In this document: positions 1 through 9,187 of the stretch, one piece after another
How the letters are laid out: every line of letters starts with the position of its first letter
Position numbering within the stretch: position 1 is the first letter of the stretch
DNA from: Elusimicrobiota bacterium
GTDB lineage: Bacteria > Elusimicrobiota > Elusimicrobia > UBA1565
DNA length: 25,804 nt
Direction: 5' to 3'
NCBI GenBank assembly: GCA_043819795.1
Contig: JBDREN010000180.1
Span: 1-25,804, forward strand
The notes under the pieces: generated by a model
Databases searched by the model: none
The model's input: the letters and a program-made list of their open reading frames with translations, nothing else
What the model was told of the DNA's origin: nothing
Position numbers and translations under genes: made by a program

Positions 1-2
1 GG

Positions 3-2234
3 CTCACGGTGGGCTTTGTCCAGCACGACATAGATAACGCCACGCGGCGCGACGCCTACAATTGCGACGTCACCTACGTGACCAACAACGAGATCGGCTT
101 CGACTACCTGCGCGACACCATGGTCATCCACCGGGAGGACCGGGTGATGCGGCCGGTCCACTATGCCGTTGTCGACGAGGTGGACTCGATCCTGGTCGAC
201 GAGGCGAGGACGCCGCTGATCATTTCGGGGCCGGCCGAGGAGTCTACCGACCGCTATGTCATCATCGAACGGATTATCCCTCTCCTTAAAATCCGATTCA
301 TCACCGAGGAAGATGAGGTCCAGGCCAAGTACTCGGGCGAGAACCTGGGCCAGGGCTTCGATGCGGTCATCGATGAGAAGAACCACAACGCGACGCTGAC
401 CGACCAGGGGATCGCCAAGTCCGAGAAGCTCCTGGGCGTCTCCAACCTCTACGACGACCTCCAGGGACAGTGGGTGCATCACATCACGCAGGCCCTGAGG
501 GCGCATCACCTTTATAAGCGGGACGTGGACTACGTGGTCAAGGACGGCGAGGTCATCATCGTCGACGAGTTTACCGGGCGCCTGATGCCCGGCCGCCGCT
601 GGTCCGAGGGACTGCACCAGGCCGTGGAGGCCAAAGAGAAGCTCCCCCCGCGCGAAGAGAACCAGACCTTGGCCACCATCACCTTCCAGAACTTCTTCAA
701 GATGTACGAGAAGCTCGCCGGCATGACGGGCACGGCGATGACCGAGGCCGACGAGTTCCACGAGATATACAAGCTCGGCGTCGTGGAGATGCCGACCAAC
801 CGCCCGAACATCCGCGCCGACCAGCCCGACGTCATCTACCTCAACCAGCGGGGCAAGTGGCGGGCGATCGTCGCCGACATAGACGCGAACTGGCGCAGGT
901 CGCGCCCCATGCTCGTGGGCACGCGCTCGATCGAGAAGTCCGAGTCGCTCGCGGCGATGCTCCGCGAGAAGGGCATCCCGCACCAGGTGCTCAACGCCAA
1001 GTACCACGAGATGGAGGCGCAGATCATCGCCCAGACCGGCAAGAAGGGCGCCGTCACGATCGCGACCAACATGGCGGGCCGCGGCACCGACATCGTCCTC
1101 GGCGGCAGCCCCCAGGACAAGGAGGACGAGAAGGCCGTCCTCGCCTCCGGCGGGCTCTACGTGATGGGCACCGAGCGCCACGACGCCCGGCGCATCGACA
1201 ACCAGCTGCGCGGCCGGTGCGGCCGGCAGGGGGACCCCGGCGAGACCCGATTCTACCTGGCCCTCGACGACGAGCTCATGCGGCTGTTCGGATCGGACCG
1301 CATCCAGGGGCTGATGGGGAGGATCGGCATGACCGAGGACGAGCCGATCGAGTCGCCTCTGGTGAGCAGGCAGATCGAGGGGGCCCAGCGCCGCGTCGAG
1401 ACGCACAACTTCGACATCCGCAAGCAGCTGCTCGACTACGACAACGTGATGAACAAGCAGCGCGAGGTGGTCTACGGCCTGCGCAACCGGATCCTCGACG
1501 GAGAGGACGTGTCCGCCCACGTCCGCCAGATGCTCGGCGAGGACCTCGCGGAGAAGCTCGACACGTGGGCCCCGAAGAACGCCTATCAGGAGAAGTGGGA
1601 CCTGGTCAGCCTCGGGACCCACCTCAATCGCGTCTGCGGCATCTCCTTCGGGCCGACGAAAGAGGAGCTCGCCGACCTCGACCGGGATTCGCTTCAGAGG
1701 GACCTCGGGGAGAAGATCTCCGCCGCCTATAAGAAGCGGGAAATGGAGGATTTCGAGGGCTACAACTTCCGCGAGATCGAGAAGATGGTGCTTCTCCAGA
1801 TGATCGACCAGACCTGGAAGAACCACCTCTACGACCTCGATCACATGAAGAAGTATATCCACCTTCGGGCCTACGGCCAGAAGGACCCGAAGGTCGAGTA
1901 CCAGCGCGAGAGCTTCGCCCTCTTCGAGGTGATGCTCGACCGTATCCGCCAGCAGACCGTCGAGTACCTCTTCCGCATCCAGGCCCCGCGCCGCGCGCCG
2001 AGGCCGATGATGGTCGCGCGCCACGAGCGGCCGCGGGCCGCGGACGGCGGGGAGGGGGAGCCATCCCAGGACGAGGCCGGGTCGTCCGGACCGCCGCCGC
2101 GGCGGTCGCTTCTCGAGAAGGGGGGCACGGCCACGGCCTCGGCAGCGCCCCAGGCGCTCAAGAAGATCGGCCGCAACTCCCCCTGCCCCTGCGGCAGCGG
2201 CAAAAAATACAAAAAGTGTTGTGGTAAAAGCTGA
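3..2234 (+). CDS. secA: Preprotein translocase subunit SecA (5'-partial)
   Basis: VDEVDSILVDEARTPLIISG, GRRWSEGLHQAVEAKE, IATNMAGRGTDI, RRIDNQLRGR.GRQGDPG and C-terminal SEC-C motif GRNSPCPCGSGKKYKKCCG; frame is open to the window edge. Confidence 0.99.
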   Translation, partial: LTVGFVQHDIDNATRRDAYNCDVTYVTNNEIGFDYLRDTMVIHREDRVMRPVHYAVVDEVDSILVDEARTPLIISGPAEESTDRYVIIERIIPLLKIRFITEEDEVQAKYSGENLGQGFDAVIDEKNHNATLTDQGIAKSEKLLGVSNLYDDLQGQWVHHITQALRAHHLYKRDVDYVVKDGEVIIVDEFTGRLMPGRRWSEGLHQAVEAKEKLPPREENQTLATITFQNFFKMYEKLAGMTGTAMTEADEFHEIYKLGVVEMPTNRPNIRADQPDVIYLNQRGKWRAIVADIDANWRRSRPMLVGTRSIEKSESLAAMLREKGIPHQVLNAKYHEMEAQIIAQTGKKGAVTIATNMAGRGTDIVLGGSPQDKEDEKAVLASGGLYVMGTERHDARRIDNQLRGRCGRQGDPGETRFYLALDDELMRLFGSDRIQGLMGRIGMTEDEPIESPLVSRQIEGAQRRVETHNFDIRKQLLDYDNVMNKQREVVYGLRNRILDGEDVSAHVRQMLGEDLAEKLDTWAPKNAYQEKWDLVSLGTHLNRVCGISFGPTKEELADLDRDSLQRDLGEKISAAYKKREMEDFEGYNFREIEKMVLLQMIDQTWKNHLYDLDHMKKYIHLRAYGQKDPKVEYQRESFALFEVMLDRIRQQTVEYLFRIQAPRRAPRPMMVARHERPRAADGGEGEPSQDEAGSSGPPPRRSLLEKGGTATASAAPQALKKIGRNSPCPCGSGKKYKKCCGKS

Positions 2235-2482
2235 CATCCTCTGGATGCCTGGCTCCCGAAGGGTGCCTGGCATCCAACGTCGTCAGTCTGTCGTCGGGAC
2301 ATCGGCGGAGTCCGGCTCCCGCAGGGTGCCAGGCATCCAACGTCGTCAGTTTGTCGTCGGAACGTCGGGAGATTCCGGCTCCCAACGGGTGCCTGGCATC
2401 CGACATCGTCAGGATATCGTCGGAACATCGGCGGAGTCCGGCTCCCGAAGGGTGCCTGGCATCCAATATCGTCAGGATGTCA
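2232..2482. repeat. About 3.7 tandem copies of a 63-bp palindromic unit bounded by a 9-bp inverted repeat (REP/BIME-like)
   Basis: GGCTCCC-NNN-GGGTGCCWGGCATCC units start at 2251, 2314, 2377 and 2440; TGACATCCT (2232-2240) and AGGATGTCA (2474-2482) are inverted copies. Confidence 0.85.
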
Positions 2483-2492
2483 TAGGAATGCC

Positions 2493-4160
2493 GTGCCGCC
2501 TCGGATGACGCGACTCCTCAAGAAGATCCCCGCAATCCGCTTCTCGCTGAAGCCCGCTCTTCTTTGCCTCCTCGCCGGAGCCGCGCTCGCCTGCTGCTTT
2601 CCCAAGCCCGGAGTATCCCTGCTGGCCTGGTTCGCGCCGGCGGTCTTCTTCTACTTCATAAGAAGAACGGAGAGCGCCTATCAGGCCGGCATTCTGGGCT
2701 CGGCGTTCGGATTCGCGTTCTGCGGGGTGACGCTCCACTGGGTCTACCTGACCTGCCGCTTCGCGGGCGTGTCCGTGCCGGTCTCGGCGCTGGCGTTGGC
2801 TATGCTGGCCGGCTTGCTATGCCTTAACTGGGCGCTCTACGGCGTCTGGGCGAGGCATCTGGCCCGACGCCTGCCGGTCGCCGCCCTGCCCTGGGCGTGG
2901 GCTCTGTCGTGGACGGCGCTAGAATCGGCCAGCGCTCACTGGACGCCGCGCGTCGCCGCCGACCTCCTGGCCTATACGCAATGGCGCTACCTGCCGATGA
3001 TCCAGGTCGGGGCCCTGCTGGGTCCGCACGGGCTCGGGTTCGTGATCATGCTATGGAACGGGGCCCTCGCGGAGTTCCCGTTTCTTGATTTCGGAAGCGC
3101 CGTGCGGCAGGGCGGGCGCGTCCGCAACCTGGCTCTCGCCGGGATCCTGATCCTCTCCTGCGCCGCCTACGGCTCGGTGGCGATCTCCGGGAGGAAGCAT
3201 ACCCGCTTCGCCGGGCTGCGAGAGGCCGGGCTGCGGGAGCGGAAGAAGCCCCAGGCGGCCGAGGGCTCCGAGTGGGTCCGTATCGAGGTCCTCCAGCCGA
3301 ACATCGACCAATATCAGAAGTGGGACGGCCGCTACGAGGAGACGATCCGCGGGACGTTCGACGGGCTTCTCTCTTCCCGGCGCCATGAGCGTCCCGACTT
3401 GGTCGTCTGGCCTGAATCGGCCCTGCCGGGCTGGCTCGACGAGCCCGGGAACCTGCGCTTGATCGCCGGGTGGGCGCGCAGGCTGAGGACGCGGATGCTG
3501 GTGGGATCGGTCTCCCGCGTCGGCCCGCGCCGGTATAATTCCGCGGTGCTGATCGGCCCGGACGGCTCGCCCGAAGGCATCTACCACAAGCGCCAGCTCG
3601 TGCCCTTCGGCGAGTTCGTGCCGCTGAGGCGCTGGCTCGAGGGAAGCATCGGCATCCTCGCCCAGATGGGGGACTTCGACGCGGGCGCGCCCCGGCAGAA
3701 GCTCTTCGCCCCGGGCTTCGGGCCTCTGGCGGTCACGATCTGCTACGAGGCGGCGTTCCCTCATCTGGTGCGCCGGGACAGCGCCCGCGGCGCCCGCATC
3801 CTGGTCAACGTGACCAACGACGGCTGGTACAAGGACACCGCGGGCCCCCTGCAGCATTTCGGCACGAACGTGTTCCGCGCGGTCGAGAACCGGGCGACGG
3901 TCGTGCGCGCCGCGAATACGGGGATCTCCGGCTTCATCGATCCCTACGGCGTGGTGGGCGCGTCCATCGGCATCGAAGAGAAGGGGCGGCTCGCCTTCGC
4001 CCTGCCGCGGGAGGATCCGTTCCCGAGGGGCTCCTTGTACTCGCGCGCGGGGGACTGGTTCGGGTTCGGGGCGATGCTGGCGAGCGCGGGGCTGCTCGCG
4101 TGGTCGCTCCGCGGCCGGCGGCGGGACGCCGCGCGGGACAAACGGCGTGAAAAATCTTAA
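2493..4160 (+). CDS. lnt: Apolipoprotein N-acyltransferase
   Basis: N-terminal TM helices, QPNI, nitrilase-fold E-K-C triad motifs VVWPESA, YHKRQLVPFGE and ICYE, plus TNDGW, RAVENR and RAANTGIS; start may be ATG 2505. Confidence 0.96.
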   Translation: MPPRMTRLLKKIPAIRFSLKPALLCLLAGAALACCFPKPGVSLLAWFAPAVFFYFIRRTESAYQAGILGSAFGFAFCGVTLHWVYLTCRFAGVSVPVSALALAMLAGLLCLNWALYGVWARHLARRLPVAALPWAWALSWTALESASAHWTPRVAADLLAYTQWRYLPMIQVGALLGPHGLGFVIMLWNGALAEFPFLDFGSAVRQGGRVRNLALAGILILSCAAYGSVAISGRKHTRFAGLREAGLRERKKPQAAEGSEWVRIEVLQPNIDQYQKWDGRYEETIRGTFDGLLSSRRHERPDLVVWPESALPGWLDEPGNLRLIAGWARRLRTRMLVGSVSRVGPRRYNSAVLIGPDGSPEGIYHKRQLVPFGEFVPLRRWLEGSIGILAQMGDFDAGAPRQKLFAPGFGPLAVTICYEAAFPHLVRRDSARGARILVNVTNDGWYKDTAGPLQHFGTNVFRAVENRATVVRAANTGISGFIDPYGVVGASIGIEEKGRLAFALPREDPFPRGSLYSRAGDWFGFGAMLASAGLLAWSLRGRRRDAARDKRREKS

Positions 4161-4238
4161 ACTGTCGGGAGAGCGGCGGACCGCGCCACGTGCGGCCGCC
4201 GCTGTCGGCGGCGACCGGCCGCCGACGGAGGATCTGTC

Positions 4239-5393
4239 ATGGCTGAACCACTGTTCCGGGAGATCGAGCAAGCGCTCGCCCAGACGCGGACGAGGTTCGA
4301 CGGCGTCGCGAAGTTCCTCGACATCCCGGCCAAGCGCGAGGAGATAGAGGTCCGGGAGAAGGAGGCTTCGGATCCCGCGTTCTGGGCGGACTCGTCCGCC
4401 GCGAAGAAAAAGTCCAAGGAGCTTGACGGCTTCCGCAAGCTGGTCGAGGAGTACGAGCAGGCCTCCCGGCTGATCGAGGACGTCGAGGCCCACCTCGAGC
4501 TGGCCCAGGAGGCCGGGGACGCCGGCGAGCTGGGCGAGGTCCGCAAGGCCCTCGATTCCGCCGAGCGGGTGGTCGCGGAGCTCGACACGCGCCTGAAGCT
4601 CTCCGGCGAGTTCGACGACGCGGACGCCATCTTCAGCATCAACGCGGGCGCGGGCGGTACCGAAGCCTGCGACTGGGCCGAGATGCTCCTGCGCATGTTC
4701 ACCCGGTGGGCGGAGCGCCGCGGATTCGAGTTCCGGGTCACCGACCTGCACAAGGGCGAGGAGGCCGGCATCAGGAGCGTCACCGCGTTCGTGCGCGGCT
4801 CCTACGCCTACGGCTACCTGAAAGGAGATGTCGGCGTGCACCGCCTCGTCAGGATCTCGCCCTTCGACGCCAACAAGCGCCGCCATACCTCGTTCGCCTC
4901 CTGCGACATACTGCCCGACATCGAGCAGGAGATCGAGGTCGAGGTCGCCGACTCGGACATCGAGATTGCGACGTTCCGCGCCGGAGGCAAGGGCGGCCAG
5001 AACGTCAACAAAGTGGAGACCGCGGTCCGCATCAAGCACCTGCCCACCGGGATCGTCGTTTCCTCCCGGGCCGAGCGGTCCCAGCACCAGAACCGGATGA
5101 ACTGCATGAGGATGCTGAAGGCCAAGATCTACCAGGTCGAGCTCGACAAGAAGCGCTCGGCCTTGGAAAAGCACTACGATGCCAAGGGCGACATCGCTTG
5201 GGGCAACCAGATCCGAAGCTATGTGTTCATGCCCTATCAGATGGTAAAGGATATGCGCACCGGCCACGAGACGTCCCAGATCCAGAACGTCATGGACGGG
5301 GACCTCGACTCCTTCATGCAGGAGTACCTCGCGTGGCTGGCGGCCGGCAAACCCAATCGCAAGGCCGCCTCCGAGGCTGAAAAGAGCGGGTGA
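4239..5393 (+). CDS. prfB: Peptide chain release factor 2, with no programmed frameshift
   Basis: [23 protein letters not shown] (SPF motif), [17 protein letters not shown] (GGQ), WGNQIRSY; single continuous ORF with GGAGGA RBS. Confidence 0.97.
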   Translation: MAEPLFREIEQALAQTRTRFDGVAKFLDIPAKREEIEVREKEASDPAFWADSSAAKKKSKELDGFRKLVEEYEQASRLIEDVEAHLELAQEAGDAGELGEVRKALDSAERVVAELDTRLKLSGEFDDADAIFSINAGAGGTEACDWAEMLLRMFTRWAERRGFEFRVTDLHKGEEAGIRSVTAFVRGSYAYGYLKGDVGVHRLVRISPFDANKRRHTSFASCDILPDIEQEIEVEVADSDIEIATFRAGGKGGQNVNKVETAVRIKHLPTGIVVSSRAERSQHQNRMNCMRMLKAKIYQVELDKKRSALEKHYDAKGDIAWGNQIRSYVFMPYQMVKDMRTGHETSQIQNVMDGDLDSFMQEYLAWLAAGKPNRKAASEAEKSG

Positions 5394-5539
5394 GTAGCCG
5401 CGAGCTTGTGTAGTGTCCCCGCGACCTCCTCGTCCATTTCGGGGCGAAGGGAAGGATCGCTCTCGCCGTGGCCGACGGCATTTTTCCGAGCCGGCTCCTG
5501 AAATCCGGTCCAAGGGGGCCCCTCCCGAAAACACGGTCA

Positions 5540-5621
5540 TGTAGCAATCGAAATGACATACAATTGTCAAATGCGATATTGACCGCTACAGGTACCGACT
5601 TTCCGGTTCAGTTCCCATAAT
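5540..5621 (+). promoter_or_regulatory. AT-rich putative promoter/operator region upstream of the chorismatase-DAHP synthase pair
   Basis: TGACA-N6-TGTCA palindrome at 5554-5569 overlaps GTCAA-N8-TTGAC at 5566-5583; -10-like CATAAT at 5616-5621; locally low GC. Confidence 0.4.
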
Positions 5622-5788
5622 ATGCTGGCGTCGCCAGCCGGTCCCGCCGATTTCCTTGAGATGTGGCGGGCTAGTGGCCGCGCCCGAAGCGGGGAAGCCT
5701 TTGACGGGGGTTCCGCCGACACCGGAGACGACTTCGGTGCCGATGGGTCCCACTGACCGGCTCTCCTGGGATGAATTTGGGGGATGGC

Positions 5789-7033
5789 ATGAAAAACGAG
5801 ACGATCCGACGTTCTATGCGCAGCGGAATCGACGTCCGCGTGCTGCGGGGGGGGAGCCATACCGAATACTTCCTCACGGCGACCGTGGAGGAGCGCCCCG
5901 CGGAGGGGTCTCCGGAGTCGGTCCGGGCTGTCTTCTCGGACCTGGCCGGCATTCTGCTGGAGGAGGGCATCCAGCCTGTCCGCGAGACGGTCTATGGCCG
6001 CCGGGGCGCCAGAGAAGAGATCCTCGGCGTCCGGAAATCGGCGTATCTGGACCAGGGCATGGATCCCACGCCGCCCGGCGCTTACCTGGACGGGGCGCCA
6101 CCCTGCGGGGCCGAATTCGGGGGAGCGCAGATATGGGGGATAGCTCCCAAAGCCAACGACAAGGCGGCCGTGTCGACCGTGGACTGTCCGGGGGGGCTCC
6201 GGGGGCGCCTGTGGACGGGGAGCGGGTTCCGGTTCCTGCATGTTCCCGCGGTCAGGGGGACCGACGCCGATGGGAGGCTGCCCGCCGGCTGCGCAACGCA
6301 GGCGGAGCGCATGTTCGAGAACGCCCGGGAGGCGGTGGAGTCCCACGGCTTCAAGTACACGAACGTGGTGAGGACGTGGATCTACGTCAGGCGTCTGCTC
6401 GACTGGTACGATGATCTCAATAAAGTCAGGAACGCGCTCTATCAGCGTCCGGGGTATTTCGGCCGGAACGGCTCCCCGCGGTTTCCCGCCAGCACGGGGA
6501 TACAGGGACGCCTCCTCGACGAGGAATGCGTCATGGACGTCCTCGCTTTGGATTGCAACGGGTCGGGCGGGATCGAGGCCAGCCCCATACTCACGACCGC
6601 CAAGCAGGGGCAGGCCTTCTCCTACCGGTCGGCGTTCGCGCGCGGCATGGCGCTGCGGGCCGGCAAGAGGCGCACCATCCACGTGTCCGGGACGGCGAGC
6701 ATCAACGGGGCGGGGGAGACGATCCACAAGACCGACGCTGAGGCCCAGAGCCTGCAGACGCTGATGAGCGTGGCCGCCGTCCTCGAGCAGCAGGGAGCGG
6801 GCCTGGAGAACATCTGCAGCTCCACGGTCTTCTGCAAGGACGTCGAGGCGTACGAGGCGTTCCGCAGGGCCGCGCGCCTCCTGCGCGTGCCGAGGTTCCC
6901 GGCGGTGTTCGTGCTGGCGGACGTGTGCCGTCACGATCTTCTGGTCGAGGTCGAGGCGGTGGCGGTGGTCGGCGGAGGCGCCGCCGCGGCTCGGACCGCG
7001 GACGGACCGGCCGCTGAGGAGGTCCGGAAATGA
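5789..7033 (+). CDS. Chorismatase-like protein (FkbO/Hyg5/XanB2; multi-YjgF/RidA fold)
   Basis: VVRTWIY, YDDLNKVR, PASTGI, SAFARG, VSGTASI and ADVCRHDLLVEVE motifs; ATGA overlap with the DAHP synthase gene; alternative start 5771. Confidence 0.75.
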   Translation: MKNETIRRSMRSGIDVRVLRGGSHTEYFLTATVEERPAEGSPESVRAVFSDLAGILLEEGIQPVRETVYGRRGAREEILGVRKSAYLDQGMDPTPPGAYLDGAPPCGAEFGGAQIWGIAPKANDKAAVSTVDCPGGLRGRLWTGSGFRFLHVPAVRGTDADGRLPAGCATQAERMFENAREAVESHGFKYTNVVRTWIYVRRLLDWYDDLNKVRNALYQRPGYFGRNGSPRFPASTGIQGRLLDEECVMDVLALDCNGSGGIEASPILTTAKQGQAFSYRSAFARGMALRAGKRRTIHVSGTASINGAGETIHKTDAEAQSLQTLMSVAAVLEQQGAGLENICSSTVFCKDVEAYEAFRRAARLLRVPRFPAVFVLADVCRHDLLVEVEAVAVVGGGAAAARTADGPAAEEVRK

Positions 7034-8178
7034 GCCCCTCCAGCGTGGTGGTCACGATCATATGCTTCAAGAACGGGGCCAAGAAGCTGGCCCCGCGGGT
7101 CCTGCGCAGTCTGGGGGTCACGGAGGACGGGGACCATCGCTACCGGTGGCACGCGCCCGGCGTGCTGTCCGTTCATCTGGAGGGGGCGGTCCGCGAGGAG
7201 GCGCTCGATGAGCTGCGCGCTCTGCGCGGGATTACGCGGGTGGTGACCATCCCGCAAGCCCGCGGTTTGGTGCGCCGCGAGGAGGGCCGCCCGGATTCCA
7301 CGCTGACGCTGCCCAACGGAGCCGTGGTGGGCGGCAAGAACGTGGCGGTCATCGCCGGGCCCTGCAGCGTGGAGAGCGAGTCGCAGGTCTGCGAGATCGC
7401 GGCGATGGTCAAAGAAGCCGGCGCCGTGGCGTTGCGCGGGGGCGCGTTCAAGCCGCGGACATCCCCCTACTCGTTCGGAGGGCTCGGCGAGCGCGGTCTC
7501 GAGTGCCTGGCCCTGGCGCGGGAGAAGACGGGGCTCCCGGTGGTCACGGAGGTCATCGACACGGAGGACGTGCATCTGGTGTCGCGCTACGCCGACGTGC
7601 TCCAGCTGGGCTCCCGGAACATGCAGAACTTCCCGCTCTTGTTCAAGGCCGGCAACAACCCGTACGGGAAGCCCATCCTGCTCAAGAGGGGCTTCGGGGC
7701 CACCGTCGACGAGCTGATGCAGGCGGCGGAGTACGTCCTGCTCGGCAGGCTCGCCGCGGGGAGAGAGGGCCCCGGCGTGATCCTGTGCGAGAGGGGCATC
7801 CGTACCTTCGAGACCTCGACCCGCTTCACGCTGGACGTGGGCGCGATCCCCGTCCTCAAGGAAAGGACCCATCTGCCAGTGATCGTGGACCCGAGCCATC
7901 CGGCCGGCGTCCAGAGGTATGTCCCCCCCTTGGCGCGGGCCGCCGTGGCCGCCGGGGCGCAGGGGCTCATGGTGGAGGTCCATATGGAGCCCGCGCGGTC
8001 ATGGTGCGACAAGGGCCAAGCCTTGTCCCCCGGCGCCTTCGCGGAGCTCATGGACGACGTGCGCCGATTGGCCCCCATCGGGATGAAGATGGGCGTCGTC
8101 GCGGGTCCCGGTCGGCGTCGCGGCGAGGCTCCGCTCCGCGGCCGAAACGGCGCCGCGGTCGGGCTCTCCTCGGACTGA
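7030..8178 (+). CDS. aroF: 3-deoxy-7-phosphoheptulonate (DAHP) synthase, type I-beta, with N-terminal regulatory-like domain
   Basis: IAGPCSVES, RGGAFKPRTSPYSF, GSRNMQNF, LLKRG, CERGIRTFE, DPSH and MVEVH motifs. Confidence 0.93.
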   Translation: MSPSSVVVTIICFKNGAKKLAPRVLRSLGVTEDGDHRYRWHAPGVLSVHLEGAVREEALDELRALRGITRVVTIPQARGLVRREEGRPDSTLTLPNGAVVGGKNVAVIAGPCSVESESQVCEIAAMVKEAGAVALRGGAFKPRTSPYSFGGLGERGLECLALAREKTGLPVVTEVIDTEDVHLVSRYADVLQLGSRNMQNFPLLFKAGNNPYGKPILLKRGFGATVDELMQAAEYVLLGRLAAGREGPGVILCERGIRTFETSTRFTLDVGAIPVLKERTHLPVIVDPSHPAGVQRYVPPLARAAVAAGAQGLMVEVHMEPARSWCDKGQALSPGAFAELMDDVRRLAPIGMKMGVVAGPGRRRGEAPLRGRNGAAVGLSSD

Positions 8179-8309
8179 CCGCGCGGTGGCCTCGCTCCGG
8201 GAAAAGGGTCCGCGGGCGATAAAACCCTTGGGAGCGGTTCGGATGACGTCCGCCGGGAGCTCACCGGCGGGGACATCTTTAGGGAAGGCTGCCCTCCTTC
8301 GCCGGAGAC

Positions 8310-8338
8310 TTGCCGACGGGAGACGCGCCGTGTAGGAT
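8310..8338 (+). promoter_or_regulatory. Sigma70-type promoter candidate for the regulator/cytochrome operon
   Basis: TTGCCG-N17-TAGGAT; overlapping palindrome TGTAG-N8-CTACA (8331-8348); a second TATAAT at 8393-8398. Confidence 0.5.
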
Positions 8339-8416
8339 TTTAGCTACAAGAGAATCATGATTACAGCGACAGATATCCCTCAAACCTCCGGGTATAATCC
8401 ATCAAGGATATCCGTG

Positions 8417-9115
8417 ATGAAAGACCATTGCAGAGACTGCCCGGTCGTCAAGACGGGTCTGTTCGCGACCCTCAGACGCTCCTCGAAGTCCGCCGTCTCC
8501 TGTATGATGGTGCACGGCCGCTACAAGAGGCGGCAGATCCTGTATCAGGAAGGGAACCCGTCGTCCCGCGTGTACGCCGTCAAGTCGGGGATGGTCAAGA
8601 TCTATAAGTCCCAGACCTACGGCAAGGACCAGATCATCGACGTGATGGGGCCCGGGGCGGTCTTCAACCTGGAGAGCCTCAGCCTCGGCCGCTGCTCCGT
8701 CTCGGCCGAGGTGCTGGCGGAGTCGGAGCTCTGCTTCGTCGAAAGAGAGCGTCTGGCGAGGCTCCTGGGAGACAACCGGGACCTCGCGATGGAGGTCATC
8801 CGGATCCTGTCCCAATCCCTGGCCGCCTCGCACGACAGGATGCTCGAGTTCGGGACCCAGTCGGCGAAGGCGCGCCTTGCCTCTTTCTTCATCCGCCTGT
8901 TCCCGCTCGTCACGGACGGCGAGGCCTTGACGACCGAGATACGGCTGCCCATCTCCAGGCGGGAGATCGGGGACCTGATCGGGGTCAGCTTGGAGACGGT
9001 CTCGAGGCTGTTCCGGCTGTTGAGCCGGGAGGGGATCGCCTCCGCCAACCACCGGCAGGTGACGATACTCAGCCTTCCGCGCTTGAGGAAGATGGTCGAG
9101 CGGGCGAATCTCTGA
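8417..9115 (+). CDS. Crp/Fnr family transcriptional regulator with N-terminal CxxC
   Basis: cNMP-binding fold (LYQEGNP..VYAVKSGMVK), HTH SRREIGDLIGVSLETVSR (FNR-type E..SR), HCRDC and ELCF cysteines; ORF extends to ATG 8357, but AAGGA before 8414/8417 favours the later start. Confidence 0.92.
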   Translation: MKDHCRDCPVVKTGLFATLRRSSKSAVSCMMVHGRYKRRQILYQEGNPSSRVYAVKSGMVKIYKSQTYGKDQIIDVMGPGAVFNLESLSLGRCSVSAEVLAESELCFVERERLARLLGDNRDLAMEVIRILSQSLAASHDRMLEFGTQSAKARLASFFIRLFPLVTDGEALTTEIRLPISRREIGDLIGVSLETVSRLFRLLSREGIASANHRQVTILSLPRLRKMVERANL

Positions 9116-9187
9116 GGGCCGCCGACCGTCGGCGCGACGTTTCGACTTTACGGTCCGGCGAGGGCCGACGCAGCAGGTGAACCGCAA

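Noticed and set aside
2251..2482. Possible CRISPR array
   Set aside because: The whole 63-bp unit is repeated, with no unique spacers, and there are no cas genes in the window
2221..2508. 95-aa ORF with 21-aa repeats (and antisense equivalents)
   Set aside because: By-product of a 63-bp (multiple of 3) palindromic repeat; overlaps the secA end and has no clear RBS
8331..8348. TyrR box (TGTA-N10-TACA shape)
   Set aside because: Only a partial match to TGTAAA-N6-TTTACA, located downstream of aroF, with no TyrR-like gene visible; kept only as an unassigned palindrome
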